From Polyangiales bacterium (GTDB lineage: Bacteria > Myxococcota_A > Polyangia > Polyangiales > Ga0077539): 64,000 bases of DNA. Shown piece by piece: positions 40,122-49,426 of the stretch; the stretch's first letter is position 1, and each line of letters begins with the position of its first letter. The stretch lies in NCBI GenBank assembly GCA_044229975.1, contig JBGARZ010000003.1, forward strand, positions 320,001 through 384,000. Reading direction: 5' to 3'. The translations under genes and the position numbers were made by a program. Below the pieces are notes generated by a model. The model saw nothing but the letters and a program-made list of their open reading frames with translations. It was not told the origin of the DNA and ran no database searches.

Positions 40122-41792
40122 TCACAGCGACTCGGCGCGCACGATCCCATCCTTGTTGAGCACCAGCCGCAGGTGGGCGAACTGCTCCGCCTCGACGCCC
40201 GTCGGACCGAGCTGCCGAACGCGCACCAGCACGTGCACGTGATAGACGCGGGGAAGGTCCTTCCCGTCGAACCAGCCGCGCGCGACGTCGAAGAAGGTGA
40301 CGTGATCGGTCGGGTCATCGAGGCGCGACAGGAAGTGCCGCACGTTGACCCGCAGGATGTCCCGGATGCGGTAGCCCTCGGGCAGCGCGCGCGCCCGGTC
40401 GCTGTCGACCTCCAGCCGCTTGCGGTAGTGGATCACCTCTTCGGGGTTGGCCCCGACCCGCTGCGGATCACGGTCGGTGCGGCGCGCGCTCACCTCCGCG
40501 GGCAAGGTCTCACGATCGACGAAGCGAACCGCCTCCGCGGTGCGCGCCCGCAAGTCACCGAGGCCCATCTCGCCGAGCGCCTGGCCGTGCACCACCGAGC
40601 TGTGATCGAACACCCGCGCACGGCGCAGCAGGTACTCGCCCGTGAGGGCCTTGATGCGGTCCTTCATCACGTAGGCGATGACCGCCGCGGAGAAGAGCAC
40701 GAAGCGCGTCTGCGTGGGCAGCCCCGCGATCTGCGTCGGCACCTGCGTCGCCAGCGCCCAGATGGCCGCGAGCGCCGCGCCCGTGGCCGCGATGGCGTTG
40801 CGGACGAAGGTGTCCGCGCGCGAGCCGCGGAGGTCGAGGTAGAGGGCCTGCTGGACGTTCTTCTTGAGGGCCGAGGCGCGCCAGGTGAAGTGCTCCCCGG
40901 CGGGTGACGCGCGGCGGGTGCGCGCGGCGGGTGCGTCGTCAGCCAGGGTCTGCCCCGCGAGCACGAGGTAGCCGTAGCGGGTGCGGTACTCGGCCTCGGC
41001 GCGGGCGAGCGCGCGCACCCGGAGCTGCACCCTCGCGACGAAGCCCGTCCCGTCGCGCGCCGACGTCGCGGCCTCGGCGAGCATGGCGAGTCGCTCTTCG
41101 AGGGCGAGGCTCATGTACTCGTCGGCCGTCCGCATCGCGAGCGGAACCGACTGGTGGCACAGCCGCTCGAAGGGCCACCAGCCCGCGCGCACCTCGCGGT
41201 ACCGCCGCAGCGCGTGGGAGACCCGCCCGAGCACCTCGTCGAGGAAGGCCTCCAGCTTCCCGTCGCCGTCCACCGCCGCGGGCGGTGCGTCGCTGGAGCG
41301 CGGGAGCATCGAGCTGCGACCCCGTCGCTCGACGCCGTCGCTGCGCAGGCGTCGCGCGAGGCGCTTCTCCCAGCGGCGGAGCTCGGACTTCATCGCCGAC
41401 ACGAAGAGGTGGGCGTAGAGCCGCGCGTGCACCTGCACCGGGCGCGTCGGCGTGCGTTCGGCGGCGCGCAGCCGGCGCAGCACGTCGGCGATCTGGAAGA
41501 GCGGCGAGGCGCGGTTGGTCTCGTCGGCGAGCTGCTCCAGCGGCAGCGGTCGGGCATCAACCCGCATGTACGCCGTGAAGTCCGAGTAGAACTCCTCCCG
41601 CGAATAGTTGGCCTTGTTGAGCCCGACGTTGCGGGGGACGAAGAAGTACGCGTCGACGTCGAAGCGCCAGCGCCCGACCTCCCCCACCGGGTAGTTGAAG
41701 CGCAGCTCGAACTGCAGCCGGTCGTGCACCTCGCCCTGCACGACGAGGCCCTTGCGCTCGCCGCGCTTCACCCGAGCGGCAGGCTCACCCAT
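40122..41792 (-). CDS. Conserved-looking hypothetical protein with 2 TM helices in the C-terminal third
   Basis: GGAG RBS; motifs HDRLQFE, YFFVP..G.....Y....FY.D, and AYVMKDRIK after the TM pair. Confidence 0.8.
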   Translation of the reverse strand: MGEPAARVKRGERKGLVVQGEVHDRLQFELRFNYPVGEVGRWRFDVDAYFFVPRNVGLNKANYSREEFYSDFTAYMRVDARPLPLEQLADETNRASPLFQIADVLRRLRAAERTPTRPVQVHARLYAHLFVSAMKSELRRWEKRLARRLRSDGVERRGRSSMLPRSSDAPPAAVDGDGKLEAFLDEVLGRVSHALRRYREVRAGWWPFERLCHQSVPLAMRTADEYMSLALEERLAMLAEAATSARDGTGFVARVQLRVRALARAEAEYRTRYGYLVLAGQTLADDAPAARTRRASPAGEHFTWRASALKKNVQQALYLDLRGSRADTFVRNAIAATGAALAAIWALATQVPTQIAGLPTQTRFVLFSAAVIAYVMKDRIKALTGEYLLRRARVFDHSSVVHGQALGEMGLGDLRARTAEAVRFVDRETLPAEVSARRTDRDPQRVGANPEEVIHYRKRLEVDSDRARALPEGYRIRDILRVNVRHFLSRLDDPTDHVTFFDVARGWFDGKDLPRVYHVHVLVRVRQLGPTGVEAEQFAHLRLVLNKDGIVRAESL

Positions 41793-43318
41793 CGCTCCAC
41801 CTGATCTTCGTTGACCCGCTCGCCCGTCGTCCCGCCCATGGGGCCGAGCCACGACTCCATGTCCGCCGTCGGCGCCGCCACCTCGGCCGAGCCGCGAACG
41901 ATCACCCGCGCCGACCCTTCGCCCGCCGTCACCCGGATGCGCACCGTGGCAGCACCCAACCGCGCGTCGACCGCCCAGCCCAGCAGCGCCTCCAGCGCAC
42001 GCCGCGCGCGACCGTCGATCTCCACCACGGCCAGCGTGAGGTCGGCGCCGTTCACGTCGACGCGTACGCCCTCGGCGTCCAGGCGCGCGGCGATGCCCTG
42101 CTGCGCGGCGCGGACGAGCCCGCCGAGGGCCTGCACCCGCACGCCGTCCGGCTCTGGCGCGTTGACCGGGAGCAGCGCCTCGGCCGCCCGCGCGAGCTCG
42201 GAGTGGCTGTCACCGCGAAGGGCCTCAACGCAGCGCGCGAGCACGGCGCGGGTCGCCGCGAGGGTCTGCTCGGGCCCGCCATCGAGCACGATGAGGGCGG
42301 GGCAGCGTTCGCCGTCGGGGGCGTACGCGGCGATCCAGCGCACCCGCAGCGGGCCTTCGTCGAGCCATGACGGAGAGACGCTCACCTCGCGGGTGAAGCC
42401 GTCCTCGATGAGGCGATCGACGGCCTCTCGACACGGCGCGAGCTCGGGCAGCTCGGTGCAGCGCGACTGCTCGTCGTGGGGCCGCAGCGCGAGGAGGCGA
42501 CGCGCGACGGCGTTGGCGCGCACCGGGCGGCGCGCGGCGTCGTACAGGACGACCCCGACGGGGAGGTCGTCCATGACGGCGTAGAGGGTCGCGCGGTCGG
42601 CCCCCGAGGCGAGGAGCTTGCCGCGGAGCTGCGACGCGAGGTGCCCGAGCGCGGTGGACACCTCGCCGATCTCGTCGTCGCTGGGCTGCGGGAGCTCGGC
42701 CGCGAAGTCCCCTTCGGAGAACGACCGCGCCGCGAGCGCCATGTGCCGCAGCGGCTTGGACGCGACGAGCGCCGCGAGCAGGCTGAGCAGCGCGGCGACG
42801 GTGAGCGCGACGGCGCTGGTCTGTCGCATCACCGTACCCACGAGCACGGCCGCCGCGTCGACGGAGGACACCGGGCGGGAGAGACGAATCACCCCGCGCA
42901 CCGCGCCGCGGCCGGGGAAGCGCCGCGCCACGTAGAGCGTCACCTCGCCCGTGGTGGCCGAGCGGCGAACGCTCCACCCCTCGCCCACCGTGAAGGCTTC
43001 GCGCACCTCCTCGCGGTCGCCGTGGTTGCCGAGCGAGCCGTGTTGCGAGTCGCACACCACGCGCCCGCCCGGCTCGACGACGGTCATCCGCAGCGGGAGC
43101 GCCCCGCACAGGACGGCCACCTGATCGTCGAGGCGCTCGGGGGGCGCCGCGTCGAGGCGCGAGGTGAGGTGTTCGAGCTCGCGCTTCAGCTCGCCGTGGA
43201 CGACGTCGCGCTGCCGGCTGCGGAGGGAGGTCTGGAGATAGATGGCCGTCGGGACGAGCACGAGCCCGACGACCACGAGGTAGCTCAAGGCGAGCTTGAT
43301 GTGCAGCGGTACGCGCAC
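41768..43318 (-). CDS. PhoR-like sensor (TM-cache-TM-HAMP-PAS) with degenerate kinase core
   Basis: PhoR-type NHGDREEV..A...G...RRS.T; HAMP (PLR.M...DEIGEV...L); PAS-like GVVLYD...AN. No intact H, N or G boxes. Confidence 0.78.
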   Translation of the reverse strand: MRVPLHIKLALSYLVVVGLVLVPTAIYLQTSLRSRQRDVVHGELKRELEHLTSRLDAAPPERLDDQVAVLCGALPLRMTVVEPGGRVVCDSQHGSLGNHGDREEVREAFTVGEGWSVRRSATTGEVTLYVARRFPGRGAVRGVIRLSRPVSSVDAAAVLVGTVMRQTSAVALTVAALLSLLAALVASKPLRHMALAARSFSEGDFAAELPQPSDDEIGEVSTALGHLASQLRGKLLASGADRATLYAVMDDLPVGVVLYDAARRPVRANAVARRLLALRPHDEQSRCTELPELAPCREAVDRLIEDGFTREVSVSPSWLDEGPLRVRWIAAYAPDGERCPALIVLDGGPEQTLAATRAVLARCVEALRGDSHSELARAAEALLPVNAPEPDGVRVQALGGLVRAAQQGIAARLDAEGVRVDVNGADLTLAVVEIDGRARRALEALLGWAVDARLGAATVRIRVTAGEGSARVIVRGSAEVAAPTADMESWLGPMGGTTGERVNEDQVERWVSLPLG

Positions 43319-43392
43319 GGCCCGCAGACCATACAGCGTTGGCGGGGGCGTTGCTGGCCATCGCGCGATGGTGGTATGCGCCCGTCTCGACC

Positions 43393-44358
43393 ATGCGACT
43401 CGCGACGCTTCGAGATGGTTCCCGTGATGGCGCGCTGATCGTGGTGATGCCGGACGGCAGGCACTACCGCCCGGCGCAGGCGGCCGCTCCCACGCTGCAG
43501 GCCGCCCTCGACCTTTGGGAGTCCGCCAGCGAGCGCCTCCAGGCCATCGCCCAGGGCGGCGACGAAGCGCTCCCGCTCGACCCCGCGCGCCTGCACTCGC
43601 CGCTGCCCCGCGCCTACGAGTGGATCGACGGCTCGGCCTACCTCAACCACGTCCGCCTCGTCCGCAAGGCGCGCAACGCCGAGCCCCCAGCCACACTGGA
43701 GACCGATCCGCTCATCTACCAGGGCGGCTCGGGGACCTTCCTCGGTCCGCGTGACGCGATGCCCTTGCGCGACCCGGCGTGGGGCCTCGACTTCGAGTCC
43801 GAGGTGGCCGTGGTGCTGGGCGACACCCCGATGGGGACGTCCGCCGCCGACGCGGCGAAGTACGTGCGGCTGGTGATGCTGGTCAACGATGTCACGCTGC
43901 GCAACCTCATCCCCGACGAGCTCGCGAAGGGCTTCGGGTTCTTCTGCTCCAAGCCCTCGACGGCGTTTTCGCCCTTCGCGCTGACGCCCGACGAGCTGGG
44001 CGACGCGTGGCAGGGCGGGCGCGTTCACCTGCGGTTGAAGACCGAGCTCGACGGCTCCGTTGTGGGCGACACCGACGCGGGCCCCGAGATGCACTTCTCC
44101 TTCTTCGATCTCATCGCCCACATCACGAAGTCCCGCGCGCTCACCGCCGGCACCATCCTCGGCAGCGGAACCGTCTCCAACGTCGACCGCGCTCGCGGCA
44201 TCTCCTGCCTCGCCGAGCGACGGATGCTGGAGATCATCGAGTCGGGCAAACCCGCGACGCCCTTCCTCAAGGCGGGGCAGACCGTTCGCATCAGCATGGC
44301 CGACGCCCACGGGCGCGACCTCTTCGGTGCCATCGAGCAGACGGTGGAGTCGGTATGA
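43393..44358 (+). CDS. Fumarylacetoacetate hydrolase family protein
   Basis: SPLPRAYEWIDGSAY, DFESEVAV, NDVTLRN, ELAKGFGF..SKP, GTILGSGTVSN; in an operon with maiA and hmgA. Confidence 0.92.
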   Translation: MRLATLRDGSRDGALIVVMPDGRHYRPAQAAAPTLQAALDLWESASERLQAIAQGGDEALPLDPARLHSPLPRAYEWIDGSAYLNHVRLVRKARNAEPPATLETDPLIYQGGSGTFLGPRDAMPLRDPAWGLDFESEVAVVLGDTPMGTSAADAAKYVRLVMLVNDVTLRNLIPDELAKGFGFFCSKPSTAFSPFALTPDELGDAWQGGRVHLRLKTELDGSVVGDTDAGPEMHFSFFDLIAHITKSRALTAGTILGSGTVSNVDRARGISCLAERRMLEIIESGKPATPFLKAGQTVRISMADAHGRDLFGAIEQTVESV

Positions 44359-44999
44359 AGCTCTACAACTACTGGCGAAGCTCGGCCTCCTGGCGCGTTC
44401 GCTTCGCCCTCGCCTACAAGAACATCCCCTTCGAGTACGTCCCCGTCTCGCTGGTGAAGGACGGCGGCGAGCAGCACGGCGACGCCTACCGCGCGCTCAA
44501 CCCCATGGCACAGGTGCCCACCCTGGAGTGGGTCGAGGGCGGAGAGACGCTGCGCCTCGGGCAGTCGCTCGCGATCATCGAGTTCGTCGACGGGCGCTTC
44601 GGCGGGCCGAAGCTCCTGCCCGAGAGCCCCTTCGTGCGCGCGAAGGTCCGGCAGCTCGCCGAGATCGTCAACGCGGGCATCCAGCCGCTGCAGAACCTCG
44701 AAGTGCTCCGCTACGTGCGCGAAGACCTCAAGGGCGACAGCACCGCCTGGGCGCGGCACTTCGTCGGCCACGGCATCCGCGCGCTCGAAGCCGAGGCCGT
44801 GCACACCGCGAGCACCTATCTCGTCGGCGACGCCGTGACCCTCGCCGACTGCTGCCTCGTGCCGCAGCTCTACGCCTGCCGGCGCTTTGGCGTCGACGTG
44901 TCGGAGTGCCCGACGCTGCTGCGGGTCGAGGCCGCGCTCCACGCCCTCGACGCGTACAAGGTCTCGCGCCCCGAGGCGCAGCCCGACGCCCAACCGTAG
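44355..44999 (+). CDS. maiA: Maleylacetoacetate isomerase (GST zeta)
   Basis: LYNYWRSSASWRVR, NPMAQVP, QSLAIIE, IQPLQNL, P..QPDA; ATGA overlap. Confidence 0.95.
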   Translation: MKLYNYWRSSASWRVRFALAYKNIPFEYVPVSLVKDGGEQHGDAYRALNPMAQVPTLEWVEGGETLRLGQSLAIIEFVDGRFGGPKLLPESPFVRAKVRQLAEIVNAGIQPLQNLEVLRYVREDLKGDSTAWARHFVGHGIRALEAEAVHTASTYLVGDAVTLADCCLVPQLYACRRFGVDVSECPTLLRVEAALHALDAYKVSRPEAQPDAQP

Positions 45000-45036
45000 A
45001 CCCCTCCCACTCCCCCTTCGGAGAGCGACACCACCC

Positions 45037-46200
45037 ATGCTCGAACGCATCGTCCACGGAGAGGTTCCGGCGAAGCACCACATCGCGTCGCGCGGCCCCG
45101 ACGGCGCCCTGCGCCACGAGGAGTGCATCACCCGCGAGGGCTTCGACGGCCCGTACACCATCGCGTATCACCTCGACCGCCCGCACACGCACCGCCCCGT
45201 CGAGAGCGCCCACGGCTGGCCCGCGCCCGAGGCCGTCGCCCCCGCCGCCGCGCTCCGCAAGCGGCACTTCCTCACGCAGTCCATGACCCCGCGCCGCGGC
45301 CCCGCGGTCGACGCCCGCACGCCGCTGCTCTTCAACGACGACGTGGTGGTCTCGGCCGCCTTCCCCGACGCCGACGACCCGGTCTACGTCTCCAACGGCG
45401 ACGGCGACGACCTCATCTTCGTGCACGCGGGCGGCGGCGTCGTGCGCTCCATCCTCGGCGACCTGCCCTTCGGCCCCGACGACTACGTGTGCATCCCGCG
45501 GGGCATCCCGCATCGCATCATCCTCACGCCGGGCGTCGCGCAGCACTGGCTCGTCATCGAGTGCCGCGGTGGGCTTCATCTCCCGAAGCAGTGGCGCAAC
45601 GAGGTCGGCCAGCTCCGCATGGACGCGCCGTACTGCCACCGCGACTTCCGCCCGGTGAGCTTCCGCGGCCCGCTCGACGAGGGCATCCGCACGGTGCTCG
45701 TGAAGCGCATGGACCGCTTCCACGCCTTCGCGCTCGACCACTCGCCGCTCGACGTCGTCGGCTGGGACGGCTCGGTCTATCCCTTCGTCTTCCCCATCCT
45801 CAACTTCCAGCCCCGCGCGGGGCTCGTGCATTTGCCGCCCACATGGCACGGCACCTTCGCGGCGCGCGGCGCGCTCATCTGTTCGTTCGTCCCGCGCATG
45901 GTCGACTTCCACCCCGAGGCCATCCCCTGCCCGTACCCGCACAGCTCGGTCGACTGCGACGAGGTGCTCTTCTACGTGCGCGGCAACTTCACGTCGCGGC
46001 GGGGTGTCGGGCCCGGCAGCGTGTCGTACCATCCGCAGGGCATCGCCCACGGCCCCCACCCGGGCGCCTACGAGGGCAGCCTCGGATCACGCCAGACCAG
46101 CGAGCTCGCCGTGATGATCGACACCTTCAAGCCCCTGTCGGCGACGCCGTTCGCGGTGCCAGTGGAAGACCTTTCGTACCAGGGCAGCTTCATCGCATAG
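45037..46200 (+). CDS. hmgA: Homogentisate 1,2-dioxygenase
   Basis: NGDGDD, SPLDVVGWDG, VHLPP.WH, PYPHSSVDCDE, HGPHPG, ELAVMIDTF. Confidence 0.93.
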   Translation: MLERIVHGEVPAKHHIASRGPDGALRHEECITREGFDGPYTIAYHLDRPHTHRPVESAHGWPAPEAVAPAAALRKRHFLTQSMTPRRGPAVDARTPLLFNDDVVVSAAFPDADDPVYVSNGDGDDLIFVHAGGGVVRSILGDLPFGPDDYVCIPRGIPHRIILTPGVAQHWLVIECRGGLHLPKQWRNEVGQLRMDAPYCHRDFRPVSFRGPLDEGIRTVLVKRMDRFHAFALDHSPLDVVGWDGSVYPFVFPILNFQPRAGLVHLPPTWHGTFAARGALICSFVPRMVDFHPEAIPCPYPHSSVDCDEVLFYVRGNFTSRRGVGPGSVSYHPQGIAHGPHPGAYEGSLGSRQTSELAVMIDTFKPLSATPFAVPVEDLSYQGSFIA

Positions 46201-46233
46201 ACTGCCCCTTCGACCGTCAGGAGCACCCGCAGG

Positions 46234-48336
46234 GTGGAATCCACCGCCAACCGAGGACAACGCATCGCCCAGCGCTTCGAGCTCGACGCCCTCCTCTCGG
46301 ACGTCGGCCTCGGTGAGTGCTGGAGCGCGCAGGATCTCCAGCGCCCCGACTCTCCGGCGCAGGTGGAGTTCTTGAGCGCGCCGACGGCGAGCGGCCCGGC
46401 GACGCGTGAAGCCTTCGAGGCGCACATCACGCGGCTGCGCCCGGTGAGCAACCCCGGCCTCCTCGGGGTCATCGCCGGCGCCGAGGTGGACGGTCGGTTG
46501 GTGGTGGTGACCGAGCGCCTCGAAGGCCGCTCGCTCTCCAACTGGATCGCCGGGCACAAGCAGGCGGGCACCCGACCGAGCTTCACGGTGGTGCAGCGCA
46601 TCTTCGACAAGGTGTGCAACGCGATGCAGTTCGCCCACGGGGTGTCGCCGCAGCCGGTGGTGCACCGCGCGCTCACCCCGCGCAGCATCCTCCTGCGTCG
46701 GATGAGCCCGGGGCAGCACCACGTGAAGGTCGGCGACTTCGGGCTCGCGCCGTTTTCGCCGGGCGCGCGCACCGGCACCATCGGCGCGTGGTGGGAGTAC
46801 CAGGCCCCCGAGCAGCACGGCGGCCGCTGGAACGAACCGCCCACCGCCGACGTCTTCGCCCTCGCGGTGGTGCTCACCGAGCTGCTCACCCTCTCCGCGC
46901 TGCCGCGCTCGGAGGGCCGCGAGACCTGGTGGCAGTACGTCAAGGAGAGCCGGGCCTCGGCCGCCGATCGCCTGCTGCAACTCCGGCAGGATGTTCCGCG
47001 CGCGGTGTGGGAGGCCATCGGGGCCGCGATGAAGCCGTCGCCCAAGGAGCGCACCGCGTCGGTGCAGCGCTTCCAGCGGGCCGTCCGCGACGCGTGGCAG
47101 GCCGCCGGCGAGTGGCAGACCACCGCGGGCACCGAGGCCGAACCACCGACTCCCACCAGCGTCTCGGACAACACCTCGCTCGTCCGCGCAGCGCCAGGGG
47201 CCTACGGCTCGGGCACCTCCATCGACGGCTGGCAGGCCCCCGAACGCCTCCAGGTTCCGCAATCGCCGACGCGACCCTCGATGCCCGACCCGGCGCCCGC
47301 GCGGTCGTCCGAGCCGCTGATGCACTACCCCGAGGCGCCCTTCGCGACGCCGGTCGATCCGCCCCAGTGGCAGCCCGCGCCCGCCAACGCCGCGCCCGCG
47401 CTACGTCAGGCCGTCTCCGAGTCGACGGAGATGATCGACCTCGCCCAGCACGGCGCCTTCACGCGCCCCTCCATCGATTCGCTGGTGCGGCAGGAGAGCA
47501 CCATGGCGCTCGACATCGCGTCGCTCGACCCGCGCTCGTTCGCGCACCCCGCCAACCAGTACGGCACCGTCGTCGAGGGACAGCACCCGTCGTCGATGCT
47601 CTTCGGTGACTCCTTCGAGGGTGGCTCCGACCTCGACCCGGGCGTCGGCACCCAGGTGATGTCCCAGCCCCTCGGCGGCGACACCGAGCCGCCTCCGCCC
47701 GACCCCTACGACGACGTCCCGCCGCCCGACGCGTCCAACACCACCCGCGCCATCGACACGGCCGAAGCCTTCGCGCAGCTCGATCGGCAGGCCGGTCGGC
47801 CCCCGGCCGCGGCCATGGCCACCATGAAGGCCCCCGTCTCGTCGCGCGGGTTCAAGCCCACCGCGCCGCGCCGCGACCCGGTCGACCCCGACCTCCTCGC
47901 GACCCGACCCATGCAGGCCATCCGCCCGGCGACCATGGCGCCCAACGGCTTCTTCCCTTCGGCCGTGCAGCCCGGCGGCGACCCGTCCGGTGACCCCTTT
48001 GCGCGCCCGTCGCTCTCGGGTGACCCCTTCGGCGGCGACCCCTTTCGCCCGGCCTCGTCGGTTCCGTCGCAGCCGCCCGTCGAACCCACCATGGCCATCC
48101 CCATCGAGGCCATGCTCGCCGGGTCGCAGCCCCCCTACGGTCGTCCGTCCAACCCGGGCGCGCCGATGCCCACAGCTTTCGCGATGGGCGCCCCGCCGCG
48201 CACGTCCGAGTCCCTCTCGTCGCCGAAGCCCGCGTCCACCATCGCAGGCCAGCCCGCCTGGATCATGATCGCCATCGGCCTGCTCATCATCGTGAGCGTC
48301 GGCGCGTCGGCCTTCCTGCTCTCGGGCGGTCGCTGA
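46234..48336 (+). CDS. Hanks-type Ser/Thr kinase-like protein, predicted pseudokinase, with Pro-rich linker and C-terminal TM
   Basis: Kinase subdomains are recognisable (VHRALTPRSILL, VKVGDFGL, YQAPEQ, ADVFALAV), but the VAIK Lys, HRD Asp and catalytic-loop Asn are replaced. Confidence 0.85.
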   Translation: MESTANRGQRIAQRFELDALLSDVGLGECWSAQDLQRPDSPAQVEFLSAPTASGPATREAFEAHITRLRPVSNPGLLGVIAGAEVDGRLVVVTERLEGRSLSNWIAGHKQAGTRPSFTVVQRIFDKVCNAMQFAHGVSPQPVVHRALTPRSILLRRMSPGQHHVKVGDFGLAPFSPGARTGTIGAWWEYQAPEQHGGRWNEPPTADVFALAVVLTELLTLSALPRSEGRETWWQYVKESRASAADRLLQLRQDVPRAVWEAIGAAMKPSPKERTASVQRFQRAVRDAWQAAGEWQTTAGTEAEPPTPTSVSDNTSLVRAAPGAYGSGTSIDGWQAPERLQVPQSPTRPSMPDPAPARSSEPLMHYPEAPFATPVDPPQWQPAPANAAPALRQAVSESTEMIDLAQHGAFTRPSIDSLVRQESTMALDIASLDPRSFAHPANQYGTVVEGQHPSSMLFGDSFEGGSDLDPGVGTQVMSQPLGGDTEPPPPDPYDDVPPPDASNTTRAIDTAEAFAQLDRQAGRPPAAAMATMKAPVSSRGFKPTAPRRDPVDPDLLATRPMQAIRPATMAPNGFFPSAVQPGGDPSGDPFARPSLSGDPFGGDPFRPASSVPSQPPVEPTMAIPIEAMLAGSQPPYGRPSNPGAPMPTAFAMGAPPRTSESLSSPKPASTIAGQPAWIMIAIGLLIIVSVGASAFLLSGGR

Positions 48337-48388
48337 CGCGCGGGGCGCATTGACGCCGCACCGGGCCCTGTGATGCCATCCGAGACCG

Positions 48389-48796
48389 ATGCCCCCAGCC
48401 GCTCGCCTTGGTGACAACCACGTCTGCCCGAAGGTCGAACCCGGCCCCGTCCCTCACGTCGGCGGCCCCATCCTCCCGGCGTGTGAGCCCACGGTGCTCA
48501 TCGGCAACAAGGCCGCCGCCCGCGTCGGCGACATGGCCCAGTGCAACGCGCCCCCCGACAGCATCAAGATGGGCGAGCCCACGGTGCTCATCAACAACAA
48601 GCAGGCCGCCCGCCTCGGTGACCCCACCAACCACGGCGGGGTGATCGTTCAGGGAGAGCCCACCGTGCTCATCGGGTCGGTCTCGCAGGGCGCCGTGCTC
48701 AAGGCCGCCGCGAAGGCCGGCGTGCCGTTCTGCGAAGAGTGCGAGAAGGCCAGGGCGCGCATGCGCAACTCCACGGCCACCGCCGCGGCCCACTGA
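48389..48796 (+). CDS. PAAR spike-tip protein with C-terminal tail
   Basis: PAARLGD.H.CP, AAARVGD, QAARLGD...HGG; tail KAAAKAGVPFCEECEKAR. Confidence 0.93.
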   Translation: MPPAARLGDNHVCPKVEPGPVPHVGGPILPACEPTVLIGNKAAARVGDMAQCNAPPDSIKMGEPTVLINNKQAARLGDPTNHGGVIVQGEPTVLIGSVSQGAVLKAAAKAGVPFCEECEKARARMRNSTATAAAH

Positions 48797-48836
48797 GCGT
48801 CTGCCGAGCGCTCCCTCTCCTCCAACACCGCCCACC

Positions 48837-49397
48837 GTGTCCGAACGACCCGAGTTCACCGATCGCATCGAGCATGTACGGTGGGTGCTACAGCAGCACC
48901 CGGCGCCGATGTTCGCGCTCGTCGACGCGGCCCGCGACGACCTCGTGCTGCCGACGGTGCTCCAGTCGGGTCTGCTCCACCGCTCGCTCTACGAAGGCTG
49001 GCAGGGCGAAGGGCTGTCGGACGTGGCGCCCTACCTCGTCGAGGTCCGGTCAGGTGACCCCTTCCTCGACACGCTCCTCGAACGCGGCTGGGGCGATAGC
49101 TGGGGGACGTTCCTGTTTTCGACGGAGGACTTCTTCTCGCTGCGCCGCCACCTCCGGCGCTTCTTGAAGGTGCAGTCCGAGGACGGCAAGAAGCTCTTCT
49201 TCCGCTACTACGACCCGCGCGTGCTCCGCAGCTACCTCCCGACGTGCACCCCCGACGAGCTCGCCCACTTCATGGGCCCCATCTCCTGGTGGGTCACCGA
49301 GGGCCACCGCGGCGAGACCCTGCTGCGCTTCACCCGCGGCGACGACGGCGTGCGCTGCGACACCGAGCCGCTGCCCGAGCCGCCGCCCGACCGCTGA
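48837..49397 (+). CDS. DUF4123 (Tec/Tap-1-type) T6SS effector adaptor
   Basis: FALVDAA, SLY, VAPYLV, WG, LRRHLRRFL.V...DG....FRYYDPRVL. Confidence 0.92.
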   Translation: MSERPEFTDRIEHVRWVLQQHPAPMFALVDAARDDLVLPTVLQSGLLHRSLYEGWQGEGLSDVAPYLVEVRSGDPFLDTLLERGWGDSWGTFLFSTEDFFSLRRHLRRFLKVQSEDGKKLFFRYYDPRVLRSYLPTCTPDELAHFMGPISWWVTEGHRGETLLRFTRGDDGVRCDTEPLPEPPPDR

Positions 49398-49426
49398 CCC
49401 TCCCTCCCCCTGCCACAAGGCGCGCC

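Noticed and set aside
43393..46200. fah-maiA-hmgA cluster lacking hppD as a novel pathway
   Set aside because: Standard homogentisate catabolism; hppD is often encoded elsewhere.
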